32,000 nt of DNA, taken from Deinococcus radiodurans R1 = ATCC 13939 = DSM 20539 (GTDB lineage Bacteria > Deinococcota > Deinococci > Deinococcales > Deinococcaceae). This document shows positions 20,806 to 30,494 of this stretch, piece by piece. The position numbers and the translations under genes are program-made. The first letter of the stretch is position 1. Each line of letters opens with the position of its first letter. Below the pieces are notes generated by a model that had not been told where the DNA came from, did no database searches, and saw only the letters and a list, made by a program, of their open reading frames with translations. The stretch lies in contig NC_001263.1 in the NCBI RefSeq assembly GCF_000008565.1, forward strand, positions 2,033,533 through 2,065,532, read 5' to 3'.

Positions 20806-21753
20806 TCACGCCTCATCCTCGTCGCCCAGGAGCGCCTGCACCTCGGCGGCGAGGTCGAGGCCGTACTTGTAGGCCGCTTGCCCGGCCACCGCCCCGCTGC
20901 CGTACTTGACCGGATAGTTCCTCACATCGCGCTCAAAGAGCATTGCTTCGGCGCTCGCGTTGGTCTGCGGCATCACCGTGTTCAGAATCGGCGGGGTGTC
21001 CTCGTTGGTGTAGGCGAAGGCCGAGCGCAGGTACTCGGGTAAGTGTTCGAGCCCCTGCTTGTGCTGCGAGGAATTGCTCTGGAACTTGGTCACGACCACG
21101 CCGAGGCAGCGAATCTTCAGGTCGCGGTCGCGCCGCAGCTCGTCGATTTTGCCCGCGATCTGCGGAATTCCGTAGGTGCTCATGCGGTCGGGGATGGTCG
21201 GAATCAGGTAGTGGTCGCTGACCTCCAGCCCGTTTTGCGTAATGAAGCCCAGGTTGGGCGGACAGTCGATCAGCACGTAGTCGTAGCGCCCAAACAGCGG
21301 CCCGATGTACTTCTGCACCACCGCCATCGGGCTCAGGCTGTAGTTGGTCCGGTTGGCGATGTCCTGCATGCGGTCTTGCACGTCGATCAGGCGGATGGAA
21401 CTCGGCAGCACGTCCACCCGACCGTACTGGGCACTTTCGGGCAACTGGTCGAACACCTCGGGCGGAATGGTGTTGAGGTTGCTCGCCCCCCGCACGATGG
21501 CCCGCTCGGGATTGAAGTTGCGGGTGCCGTTCAGCAGGTCGAGAAACAGGTGCGCCAGCGTCTGCCCGCGCTCGTCGGCCTGCTCCCAGCGCTCCTCACC
21601 CACCAGAGCCAGGGTCGCGTTGGTCTGCGGATCGAGGTCGAGCACCAGCACCTTCTTTTGCCGCATGAAGGCGAAGGTGTCGGCGAGCTGTACCGCCGTG
21701 GTGGTTTTGGCGACGCCGCCCTTGAGATTGATGAAACTGATGACGTGCGGCAT
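20806..21753 (-). CDS. orphan ParA/MinD-family (SIMIBI, deviant Walker A) ATPase
   Basis: Inside ORF 20806..21801. The ATG at 21753 gives MPHVISFINLKGGVAKTTTAVQLA...VLVLDLDPQ.NAT...YDYVLIDCPPNLG: a KGGxxKT deviant Walker A, Walker A' and Walker B. 315 aa. Confidence 0.85.
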   Translation of the reverse strand: MPHVISFINLKGGVAKTTTAVQLADTFAFMRQKKVLVLDLDPQTNATLALVGEERWEQADERGQTLAHLFLDLLNGTRNFNPERAIVRGASNLNTIPPEVFDQLPESAQYGRVDVLPSSIRLIDVQDRMQDIANRTNYSLSPMAVVQKYIGPLFGRYDYVLIDCPPNLGFITQNGLEVSDHYLIPTIPDRMSTYGIPQIAGKIDELRRDRDLKIRCLGVVVTKFQSNSSQHKQGLEHLPEYLRSAFAYTNEDTPPILNTVMPQTNASAEAMLFERDVRNYPVKYGSGAVAGQAAYKYGLDLAAEVQALLGDEDEA

Positions 21754-21763
21754 GAATGAACCG

Positions 21764-21769
21764 AGTATA
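21764..21769 (-). promoter_or_regulatory. candidate -10 box (TATACT) 10 nt upstream of the ParA-like ATG (near-leaderless)
   Basis: Minus strand ...GTTCTATACTCGGTTCATTCATG. No SD between the box and the ATG. No convincing -35. Confidence 0.3.
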
Positions 21770-21771
21770 GA

Positions 21772-21822
21772 ACGGGCCGGAGCGGGCCGGCTGACAAACA
21801 CTCAGCGACCACTCCGGCCCGT
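21772..21822 (-). other. 11-bp-stem hairpin between the alpha-E gene and the ParA-like gene
   Basis: ACGGGCCGGAG (21772-21782) pairs with CTCCGGCCCGT (21812-21822), 29-nt loop. No clean U-tract, so terminator function is uncertain. Confidence 0.4.
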
Positions 21823-21837
21823 TTGGGGAATTGTGCT

Positions 21838-22788
21838 CTATTCCTGCGCGAAATACGCGGCAGTGATCGCGGCCCCCACCCGGTTGAACTCGGTGAGCAG
21901 TTCCTCGAGCGACGGGTTGTCGTCGGTCACGATGTCGCCGATGTGGGCGTATTGCAGCCGCGCCACCAGCCAGCGCGAGAGCCGCAGGATGTCGGGGTGC
22001 TGCCCCGGATGCCAGCGCTCGATCTGCGTCAGGGCGTCTTGCAGGTTCTCGGCGCTGTAGCGCACGCTGCGGGGGAAATACTCGTCGAGCAGCAGGAACT
22101 CGCTGATCTTCTGCGGCTCGATGCCCGAATGCACCTGTTTGCGGTAGGCCTCGTAGGCGCTCGACCCTTTCAGGACGCTCACCCAGCGCTGGGTCTGTAT
22201 AGCACGCCCCGCCGGGTCCGATACCGGGGCCGCGTCAATCCCGCGCAGGCGGCTTTGCAAGACCCGCAGGCCGTTGTCGCCGCGCTCGAGCATCTGCCCC
22301 GCCCGCATAAAGGCCCAGCCCTCATCACGCGGCAAGGTGGCGAAGGCGATGCCGAAAAACATCTGCGAGGCGTCACGGGCCGCGTTGCAGTACTCGAACA
22401 GCCCGTCGCGCTCGAGCAGCGAGTTGCTCTCGAAGCACAGCGTGAGGTAACTGCGGTTGAGCGACTCCCACATCTCGCTCGGGATGCGGTCGCGCAGGCC
22501 CCGGGCGTTCTCGCGTGCCCGCGTCACCGAACTGGCAATGCTCGCCGGGTTATCGCGGTCGAAGGCCAGCCACGCGCTCACCGAGCGGGCGTCCACCCGG
22601 CCATATTTGGCGCGCAGGTCGGCGCCCCCGCCGGTGTGTTCGAGCAGTGGCAACCAGATTTCCCGCGCCCGTCCGCCCATTTCCAGACTGGCGAAGTAGT
22701 TGACGTTGAGCAACCGGGCGGTGTTTTCGGCGCGCTCGACGTAGCGTCCGATCCAGAACAGGCTCTCGGCCAGTCGGGAGAGCAGCAT
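21838..22788 (-). CDS. alpha-E domain protein (DUF403)
   Basis: 316 aa. The N-terminus MLLSRLAESLFWIGRYVERAENTARLL is the hallmark of the alpha-E family. Its ATG overlaps the stop of the upstream low-complexity frame (TGATG). Confidence 0.85.
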   Translation of the reverse strand: MLLSRLAESLFWIGRYVERAENTARLLNVNYFASLEMGGRAREIWLPLLEHTGGGADLRAKYGRVDARSVSAWLAFDRDNPASIASSVTRARENARGLRDRIPSEMWESLNRSYLTLCFESNSLLERDGLFEYCNAARDASQMFFGIAFATLPRDEGWAFMRAGQMLERGDNGLRVLQSRLRGIDAAPVSDPAGRAIQTQRWVSVLKGSSAYEAYRKQVHSGIEPQKISEFLLLDEYFPRSVRYSAENLQDALTQIERWHPGQHPDILRLSRWLVARLQYAHIGDIVTDDNPSLEELLTEFNRVGAAITAAYFAQE

Positions 22789-23339
22789 CAGCGGTCCTCC
22801 TTGTCGGTCGTGTGCGCGGTGCTTTCGCCCGCCGCGCCCTGGGCTTCCAGGTCATGCGGCTCGATCAGCGGGGGGTGCACCGCCTCCTGCGCTTCCATCT
22901 CGACCTCCAGGTCCGACTTCTCGGGCAACTCCGACTGTTCGGGCCGGTCCGTTCCCCCAAACAGTTCCGGCTTTTCCAGCTCCTGCTGGTAGGAGTGCTG
23001 CTCCTGGCTCCGTCGGTCCGGCGGCGTGTCTTGCGCGGGCGGCGCGGGCGCCTGCCCCGGCTCCTGCTGGCTTTCCTCGTAGGCGTGCACCAGCGCCTGC
23101 TCGGCTAGGGCGTGCTCGACCAGGGCATGTTCGGCCAGTGGGTGCTCGACCAGTGGGTGCTCGACCGGCGACTCGTGGTGCTCGGTGGGCTCCAGTTCGG
23201 GCGGCGCGGTCCCGAAGCCGCTCTGCAACTGGCTCTGCGACTGCTGTCCCTGGTCCCCCTGCGACTGCGATTGGCTTTGCGACTGTGACTGCCCGCCGCC
23301 CCCACTCTGTTCGCCGCTGCGACTCGCCCCAAGTGTCAC
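22788..23339 (-). CDS. Gln/Ser/Glu/His/Pro-rich low-complexity coding frame (183 codons); either a separate protein or the frameshifted C-terminal tail of the ATP-grasp protein
   Basis: GC3 is clearly higher in this frame than in the overlapping ATP-grasp frame downstream of ~23330. Reads ...GGGGQSQSQSQSQSQGDQGQQSQSQLQ...EHPLVEHPLAEHALVEHALAEQALV...acidic tail. Its stop overlaps the alpha-E ATG. The GTG at 23339 has no SD, and this frame is closed by a TGA only ~24 nt upstream. Confidence 0.5.
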   Translation of the reverse strand: MTLGASRSGEQSGGGGQSQSQSQSQSQGDQGQQSQSQLQSGFGTAPPELEPTEHHESPVEHPLVEHPLAEHALVEHALAEQALVHAYEESQQEPGQAPAPPAQDTPPDRRSQEQHSYQQELEKPELFGGTDRPEQSELPEKSDLEVEMEAQEAVHPPLIEPHDLEAQGAAGESTAHTTDKEDR

Positions 23340-24819
23340 TGCCCGAAAGCAGCTGGCTCATGCCACTGGGCTGCCCCGGCCCGTCGTGCTCGAGCACCCA
23401 GGTGTCCTTGGACCCGCCCCCCTGCGAGGAGTTGTCGACCAGGCTGCCGCGCCGCAGCGCCACCCGCGTCAGGCCGCCGGGCACGATGGTCACGTCGTGC
23501 GGCCCCGCCAGGATGTAAGGCCGCAGGTCGATGTGGGCGGGCTCGAACGCTTCGCTGTCGCCGTAGAAGGTCGGGTGGCGCGAGAGGCCCACCACCGGCT
23601 GCGCGATGAACTCGCGGGGCGCGGCCTTGACCTTCTCCACGTACTCGGCGATTTCCTGCCGGGTCGCGGCGGGGCCGATCAGCATGCCGTAGCCGCCCGC
23701 CTCGCCCACGCCCTTGAACACCAGCTCACTGGCGTGCTCCAGCATGTAGCCGAGGTGATCGGGGTTCATCCCGAGGTAGGTGGGCACGTTGTTCAGCTTC
23801 GGTTCTTCGTTCAGGTAGTAGCGAATCATGTCGGGCACGTAGGCGTACACGGCCTTATCGTCGGCCACCCCGGTCCCGATGGCGTTGGCGATGGCGACCC
23901 GGCCCTGACGGTAGACCTCGACCAGCCCGGCCACCCCCAGCGCACTGTCGCGGCGGAAGGCGAGTGGGTCGAGGAAATCGTCGTCCACCCGGCGGTAGAT
24001 CACGTCCACCTGCTTGCGCCCACCTGTCGTCCTCATCCACACCCGCCCCGCGTCCACGAACAGGTCGCGCCCCTCGACGAGCTGCACCCCCATCTGCTGC
24101 GCGAGGTAGGCGTGCTCGAAGTAGGCCGAGTTGTACATGCCCGGCGTGAGCACGACCACCGTGCCGTCCTCGCGCGGCGACATCGAGTTGAGCAGCGTCA
24201 GCAGCGCGGTGGCGTAGTGCTGCACCGAGCGCACGCCCTGGCCCTCGAACATGCCGGGATAGATGCGGCGCATGGCGTCGCGGTTGGACAGCAGGTACGA
24301 CACGCCGCTCGGCGAACGCAGGTTATCCTCCAGCACCAGGTATTCGCCCTTCTCGTCGCGGATCAGGTCGGTCCCGACGATGTGGGTGTAGATGCCCTGG
24401 GACACGTTCACGCCGTGCACCTCGCGCCGAAAATGGGCCGAGGTGTAGATCAGTTCGGAGGGAATCACGCCGTCGCCCAGAATCTGCGCGTCGTGGTAGA
24501 TGTCGTTCAAAAAGGCATTGAGCGCCCGGACCCGCTGGGTCAGCCCCGCTTCGAGATGGGCCCACTCTGAGGCCGGAATAATGCGCGGCACCGGGTCGAA
24601 GGGAAAGGTGCGCTCGGTGCCCTGGGCGTCGCTGTAGACGGTAAAGGTAATGCCCTGGTTGCGAAAGGCGAGGTCGAGCAGCTCGGTGCGCCGGCTGAAC
24701 TCGGACACCCCCAATTGCTCCATGTATTTGCGCACGCCGGCGTAATGGGGGCGCAGCTCTCCCGCCGGGGTGAACATCTCATCGAAAAAACGCTGTCCTG
24801 GGTCGTAGTTCATCGGCAC
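22852..24819 (-). CDS. circularly permuted type-2 ATP-grasp protein (DUF404/DUF407); the catalytic part ends near 23390 and the true 3' end is unresolved
   Basis: GTG at 24819 with GGAGG 9 nt upstream. The first ~476 aa (…FRNQGITFTVY…, …GGLTRVALRRGSLVDNSSQGGGSKDTWVL) match the family end to end. The remaining ~180 codons of the 655-aa ORF are Arg/Ala/Gly-rich with poor GC3 and look out of frame. Confidence 0.75.
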   Translation of the reverse strand: MPMNYDPGQRFFDEMFTPAGELRPHYAGVRKYMEQLGVSEFSRRTELLDLAFRNQGITFTVYSDAQGTERTFPFDPVPRIIPASEWAHLEAGLTQRVRALNAFLNDIYHDAQILGDGVIPSELIYTSAHFRREVHGVNVSQGIYTHIVGTDLIRDEKGEYLVLEDNLRSPSGVSYLLSNRDAMRRIYPGMFEGQGVRSVQHYATALLTLLNSMSPREDGTVVVLTPGMYNSAYFEHAYLAQQMGVQLVEGRDLFVDAGRVWMRTTGGRKQVDVIYRRVDDDFLDPLAFRRDSALGVAGLVEVYRQGRVAIANAIGTGVADDKAVYAYVPDMIRYYLNEEPKLNNVPTYLGMNPDHLGYMLEHASELVFKGVGEAGGYGMLIGPAATRQEIAEYVEKVKAAPREFIAQPVVGLSRHPTFYGDSEAFEPAHIDLRPYILAGPHDVTIVPGGLTRVALRRGSLVDNSSQGGGSKDTWVLEHDGPGQPSGMSQLLSGSDTWGESQRRTEWGRRAVTVAKPIAVAGGPGTAVAEPVAERLRDRAARTGAHRAPRVAGRAPTGRAPTGRTCPGRARPSRAGAGARLRGKPAGAGAGARAARARHAAGPTEPGAALLPAGAGKAGTVWGNGPARTVGVAREVGPGGRDGSAGGGAPPADRAA

Positions 24820-24909
24820 GGCGGACTTCCTCCCTCTCTGGAATAGCGCTCAGCATAGCGGAGGCGCGTCCCGCTTTTGCCTGCGCGGCCCGCGCCAGCG
24901 GCAAACCAC

Positions 24910-24938
24910 AAAAAACCCCCAACCACGTGGGCTGGGGG
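24910..24938 (-). terminator. rho-independent terminator after rplL
   Basis: Minus strand CCCCCAGCC-CACG-TGGTTGGGGG followed by TTTTTTG. Confidence 0.75.
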
Positions 24939-25013
24939 CTGCACTCCGGTGGAGGAAGCGGTCGTCCGCTCCGCTCAGGTGGTCAGGCCGGGGCCTGTCC
25001 ACCCAGAGCAGGC

Positions 25014-25382
25014 TTACTTGAGTTCGACCCTGGCGCCAGCAGCTTCGAGCTGGGCCTTCATCTTCTCGGCTTCGTCCTTGGCGACGCCTTCCTTCAGCAC
25101 GCCACCCTTTTCGCTCATGTCCTTGGCTTCCTTCAGCCCCAGGCCGGTGATGCCGCGGATTTCCTTAATGACGTTGATCTTGCTTGCGCCAGCGTCAATG
25201 AGCACCACGTCAAATTCGGTCTTCTCTTCAGCAGCGGGGCTCGCGGCGCCGGCGCCGCCACCACTCACGGCCACAGCGGCAGTAACGCCCCAGGTTTCCT
25301 TGAGGCCGTCGATGAGGTCCGCGAGTTCCATGATGGTGAGCTGGCCGAGTTGGTCAATCAGAGCTTGTTTGTCGTATGCCAT
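25014..25382 (-). CDS. rplL: 50S ribosomal protein L7/L12
   Basis: 122 aa. ...[10 protein letters not shown]...WGV.A... Ala/Gly hinge ...[18 protein letters not shown].... Confidence 0.97.
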   Translation of the reverse strand: MAYDKQALIDQLGQLTIMELADLIDGLKETWGVTAAVAVSGGGAGAASPAAEEKTEFDVVLIDAGASKINVIKEIRGITGLGLKEAKDMSEKGGVLKEGVAKDEAEKMKAQLEAAGARVELK

Positions 25383-25445
25383 GTGTATGTCCTCCAGAAG
25401 TGGATTTTAGGGAAAGAGAAATGCAGGGAAGGAGAAGCGGGCGCT

Positions 25446-25955
25446 TTAGGCGCTCTCGCTGCCGCCCTCGCCTTCGAGTTTTTCGCGGTACGCTTCGAGG
25501 ATGCCCACGAAGTTGCTGAGGTGAGCGCTGAGCACACCGACGAGTTCCGCTTGCAGGGTGGTCTTGCTGCCGAGGCTTGCCAGACGCTGCACGACGGCCA
25601 CGTCCACTTTGCTGCCCTCGACGAAGCCGCCCTTGACCGTGGGGATGCCGCGGTCGTTTCTGCCGGCCGCGTCGCTCAGGGCCTTCGCCACACCGGCGGG
25701 GTCTTCCTGGGCGAGCACCAGAGCGCTCGGGCCCTTGAGGGCGTCGTCGAAGTCACGGCCGCCTTCTTGCAGGGCGAGGTTGAGCAGGGTGTTCTTGGCA
25801 ACGATGAGCTGCCCGCCCTTTTCACGGATGTCTTTGCGCAGTTGCGTGAGCTGCCCGGCGGTCAGGCCCTGGTAATCGACGACGTAGAACGTCTCGATGC
25901 CCTGAAGGCTGTCCTTGAGGCTGCCCAGCGTCTGCTGGTTCTTTTCGTTCGCCAC
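25446..25955 (-). CDS. rplJ: 50S ribosomal protein L10
   Basis: 169 aa, GTG start with GAGGAGG. ...[31 protein letters not shown]... Confidence 0.95.
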   Translation of the reverse strand: MANEKNQQTLGSLKDSLQGIETFYVVDYQGLTAGQLTQLRKDIREKGGQLIVAKNTLLNLALQEGGRDFDDALKGPSALVLAQEDPAGVAKALSDAAGRNDRGIPTVKGGFVEGSKVDVAVVQRLASLGSKTTLQAELVGVLSAHLSNFVGILEAYREKLEGEGGSESA

Positions 25956-26161
25956 GTGTGACCTCCTCTGTGGTGAACAAGTTCAGGTGCAGTATTCGCA
26001 CAGTCGGCGCTTTCACCTGACAACTCGGCGGGATCTTTAAACGTGGCAAACGTCCCCGCTGTCTTTGATGCCGAATGGAGGGCGGATTGGAAAAGGTGCG
26101 AAGATGCACCGGGGTGCCGAAATTGGGAGGAAAGAGGCTCTCAGTCCCCTTTCCGGAGGGG
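25956..26161 (-). promoter_or_regulatory. rplA-rplJ intergenic region, probable L10 (rplJL) leader / autoregulatory RNA
   Basis: A 206-nt untranslated spacer with several hairpins (for example CCCCT-CCGGAA-AGGGG just after rplA). L10(L12)4 binding leaders upstream of rplJ are widespread (established knowledge). I could not fold or match it to a model by eye. Confidence 0.35.
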
Positions 26162-27290
<1,129 letters not shown>

Positions 27291-27380
27291 TGCGTTCCTC
27301 CTTAGCTCCCCCAGTCAGGCGCGGCCTGCCGGGGTGCTGACGCTAAGTTCTGCCCGGCTGAACCAGACAGCAACTTTTCA

Positions 27381-27409
27381 AGTGTAGCGGTTTTTGGTGG
27401 TCCTGCCAA
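27381..27409 (-). promoter_or_regulatory. candidate promoter of the rplKA operon (with an ~85-nt leader)
   Basis: Minus strand TTGGCA - 17 nt - TACACT in the nusG-rplK spacer. The leader is the expected site of L1 autoregulation (established for other bacteria). Confidence 0.45.
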
Positions 27410-27448
27410 GCTGCTTGCCCCTGACCGTTTCTAGCCCGGGGACAAGAC

Positions 27449-28021
27449 TTACTTGGCGACCTGCGAGAAGTCGAGTTCGACTGGCGTCTCGCGGCCAAAG
27501 ATGCTGACGAGCACCTTGACCTTGGCCTGAGGCGCGTTGACCTCGCTGACCACACCGCTGAAATCGGCAAAGGGGCCGGAAGTGACGCGCACCATGTCGC
27601 CGGCCTTGAGGTCGACCTTGATGCGCGGGGCTTCCTCGACCACCGGCTGCGCCGCCACACCCACCGAAGTCAGCAGGCGCTGCACTTCTTCGGGCGACAG
27701 GGGCACCGGGCGGGTTGCCGTTCCGACGAAGCCGGTCACGCCGCTGGTACCGCGCACGACTTCCCAGGATTCGCCGAGTTCGCCTGGCGCGTCATCATCC
27801 TCGACATCCATCTGGACAAAAACGTAGCCGGGGAACAGCTTGCGCTTGACGTTGACCTTCTTGCCGCCTTCCTGAATTTCGACGGCTTCTTCTTCGGGCT
27901 GGAGCACCTGGAAGATCTTGGTGCGGTACATCCCCAGACGGCGGGCGCGGTCCATGAGCTGGTCCTGCACCCGGTCTTCCTGACCGACGTAAGTGTGGAC
28001 GGCGTACCACTCGATACTCAT
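27449..28021 (-). CDS. nusG: transcription termination/antitermination factor NusG
   Basis: Inside ORF 27449..28063. ATG at 28021 with [23 protein letters not shown]...FPGYVFVQM...KOW motif [18 protein letters not shown]. Confidence 0.95.
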   Translation of the reverse strand: MSIEWYAVHTYVGQEDRVQDQLMDRARRLGMYRTKIFQVLQPEEEAVEIQEGGKKVNVKRKLFPGYVFVQMDVEDDDAPGELGESWEVVRGTSGVTGFVGTATRPVPLSPEEVQRLLTSVGVAAQPVVEEAPRIKVDLKAGDMVRVTSGPFADFSGVVSEVNAPQAKVKVLVSIFGRETPVELDFSQVAK

Positions 28022-28025
28022 GTGT

Positions 28026-28211
28026 TTACCTCCACGCCAGCGCGGCCTTGATGGCCGTTCCAAAAAGCAGGTCCAGCGCCCAGACGATCAAAGTCAGGGC
28101 CACCACGAAGATCAGCACCGCCTGCGTGCCTTCGAGCACGTCCTGACGGCTGGGCCACGTCACCCGCGACAGTTCCTCGCGGGCGTCACGGAAGTACTGA
28201 ATCAGGTTCAT
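28026..28211 (-). CDS. secE: preprotein translocase subunit SecE
   Basis: 61 aa. ...[15 protein letters not shown]...[19 protein letters not shown]. Single TM helix, conserved position upstream of nusG. Confidence 0.9.
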   Translation of the reverse strand: MNLIQYFRDAREELSRVTWPSRQDVLEGTQAVLIFVVALTLIVWALDLLFGTAIKAALAWR

Positions 28212-28284
28212 GCCCTACCTGCCTCACATGGCAGAAAAAGGCTGAAGCTGCCCGGTTTCCGTATCAGGAAACCAGTGGCAGACT

Positions 28285-28452
28285 TCAGACCTTCTTCTCC
28301 CGGAAGACCACGTGCTTCTTGGCGACGGGGTCGTACTTTTTGAGTTCCAGCTTGGCCTGGGTGTTGCGGCGGTTCTTGGTGGTCGTGTAGTAAAAGCCCG
28401 TGCCAGCACTGCTTTCCATCTTCACGATGATGCGGGGTCCGTCTTTCGCCAT
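28285..28452 (-). CDS. rpmG: 50S ribosomal protein L33
   Basis: Inside ORF 28285..28533. ATG at 28452 with [60 protein letters not shown]. Confidence 0.93.
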   Translation of the reverse strand: MAKDGPRIIVKMESSAGTGFYYTTTKNRRNTQAKLELKKYDPVAKKHVVFREKKV

Positions 28453-28540
28453 GATGCTCTCCTTTGCGCAGCCTTCCCTTTGGTCGCCAGGGACCGGGAA
28501 AGTTGCTCCCAGCGCCTGCCGGAGCAGGAACAACGCTGGT

Positions 28541-28562
28541 AAAAACCCGCCGGCTGGCGGGC
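28541..28562 (-). terminator. promoter-proximal intrinsic-terminator-like hairpin in the rpmG-secE-nusG leader (possible attenuator)
   Basis: Minus strand CCCGCC-AGCC-GGCGGG followed by TTTTT. It begins only ~4 nt after the TSS predicted from the TATAAT box. Confidence 0.4.
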
Positions 28563-28571
28563 AACATTCGA

Positions 28572-28600
28572 ATTATAGGCATTCAGGTAGGCAGTGTCCA
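28572..28600 (-). promoter_or_regulatory. candidate strong promoter upstream of rpmG
   Basis: Minus strand TGGACA - 17 nt - TATAAT, located just downstream of the tuf terminator. Confidence 0.5.
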
Positions 28601-28613
28601 CCCTTGCTGCCTG

Positions 28614-28648
28614 GAAAAATAAAAAGAAGGGGCACCAAACGGTGCCCC
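28614..28648 (-). terminator. rho-independent terminator after tuf
   Basis: Minus strand GGGGCACC-GTTT-GGTGCCCC followed by TTCTTTTTATTTTT. Confidence 0.8.
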
Positions 28649-28663
28649 TTTTCCTTCAGAGTA

Positions 28664-29881
<1,218 letters not shown>

Positions 29882-29926
29882 GAGTCTTTCCTCCTGGGTT
29901 TTGCCCGCAAACGGGCAAGCCTGAAC

Positions 29927-29935
29927 ACTATATCA
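29927..29935 (-). promoter_or_regulatory. candidate extended -10 promoter for tuf
   Basis: Minus strand TGaTATAGT about 45 nt upstream of the tuf ATG. No good -35. Confidence 0.3.
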
Positions 29936-29976
29936 AAAGTGCGCGGGCTGGCGTAGGGCCATGCTCGGTCAAAATC

Positions 29977-30008
29977 GAAATGCGGCCCTCTTATCCGGGC
30001 CGCATTTC
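29977..30008 (-). terminator. hairpin between the tRNA cluster and tuf
   Basis: Minus strand GAAATGCGGCCC-GGATAAGA-GGGCCGCATTTC followed by GATTTTG. Confidence 0.5.
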
Positions 30009-30013
30009 TTCGT

Positions 30014-30088
<75 letters not shown>

Positions 30089-30090
30089 GT

Positions 30091-30168
<78 letters not shown>

Positions 30169-30171
30169 CGG

Positions 30172-30258
<87 letters not shown>

Positions 30259-30303
30259 AGTTGTCACTGCTCTCACTCGCCCGACTTGTCCGAAGACAAG
30301 ACT

Positions 30304-30382
<79 letters not shown>

Positions 30383-30465
30383 TTCGCTGCACGGAGGGGG
30401 TTTCAAGGAAAACCCGGCCTCTGGGCGCGGAAATTCGCGTTTGTCGCGCTCACTTCCGGCTGTGA

Positions 30466-30494
30466 ATAGTAGCACCGGTCTCCAAAGCTGTCAA
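30466..30494 (-). promoter_or_regulatory. candidate strong promoter of the tRNA(Thr-Tyr-Gly-Thr) operon
   Basis: Minus strand consensus TTGACA - 17 nt - TACTAT, about 85 nt upstream of the first tRNA. Confidence 0.55.

Noticed and set aside
23225-23296. Short tandem hexamer and 15-mer repeats. Considered as a degenerate CRISPR or other non-coding array.
   Set aside because: The units are contiguous with no spacers, have lengths that are multiples of 3, and sit in a high-GC3 reading frame. They are coding low-complexity repeats, not a CRISPR array.
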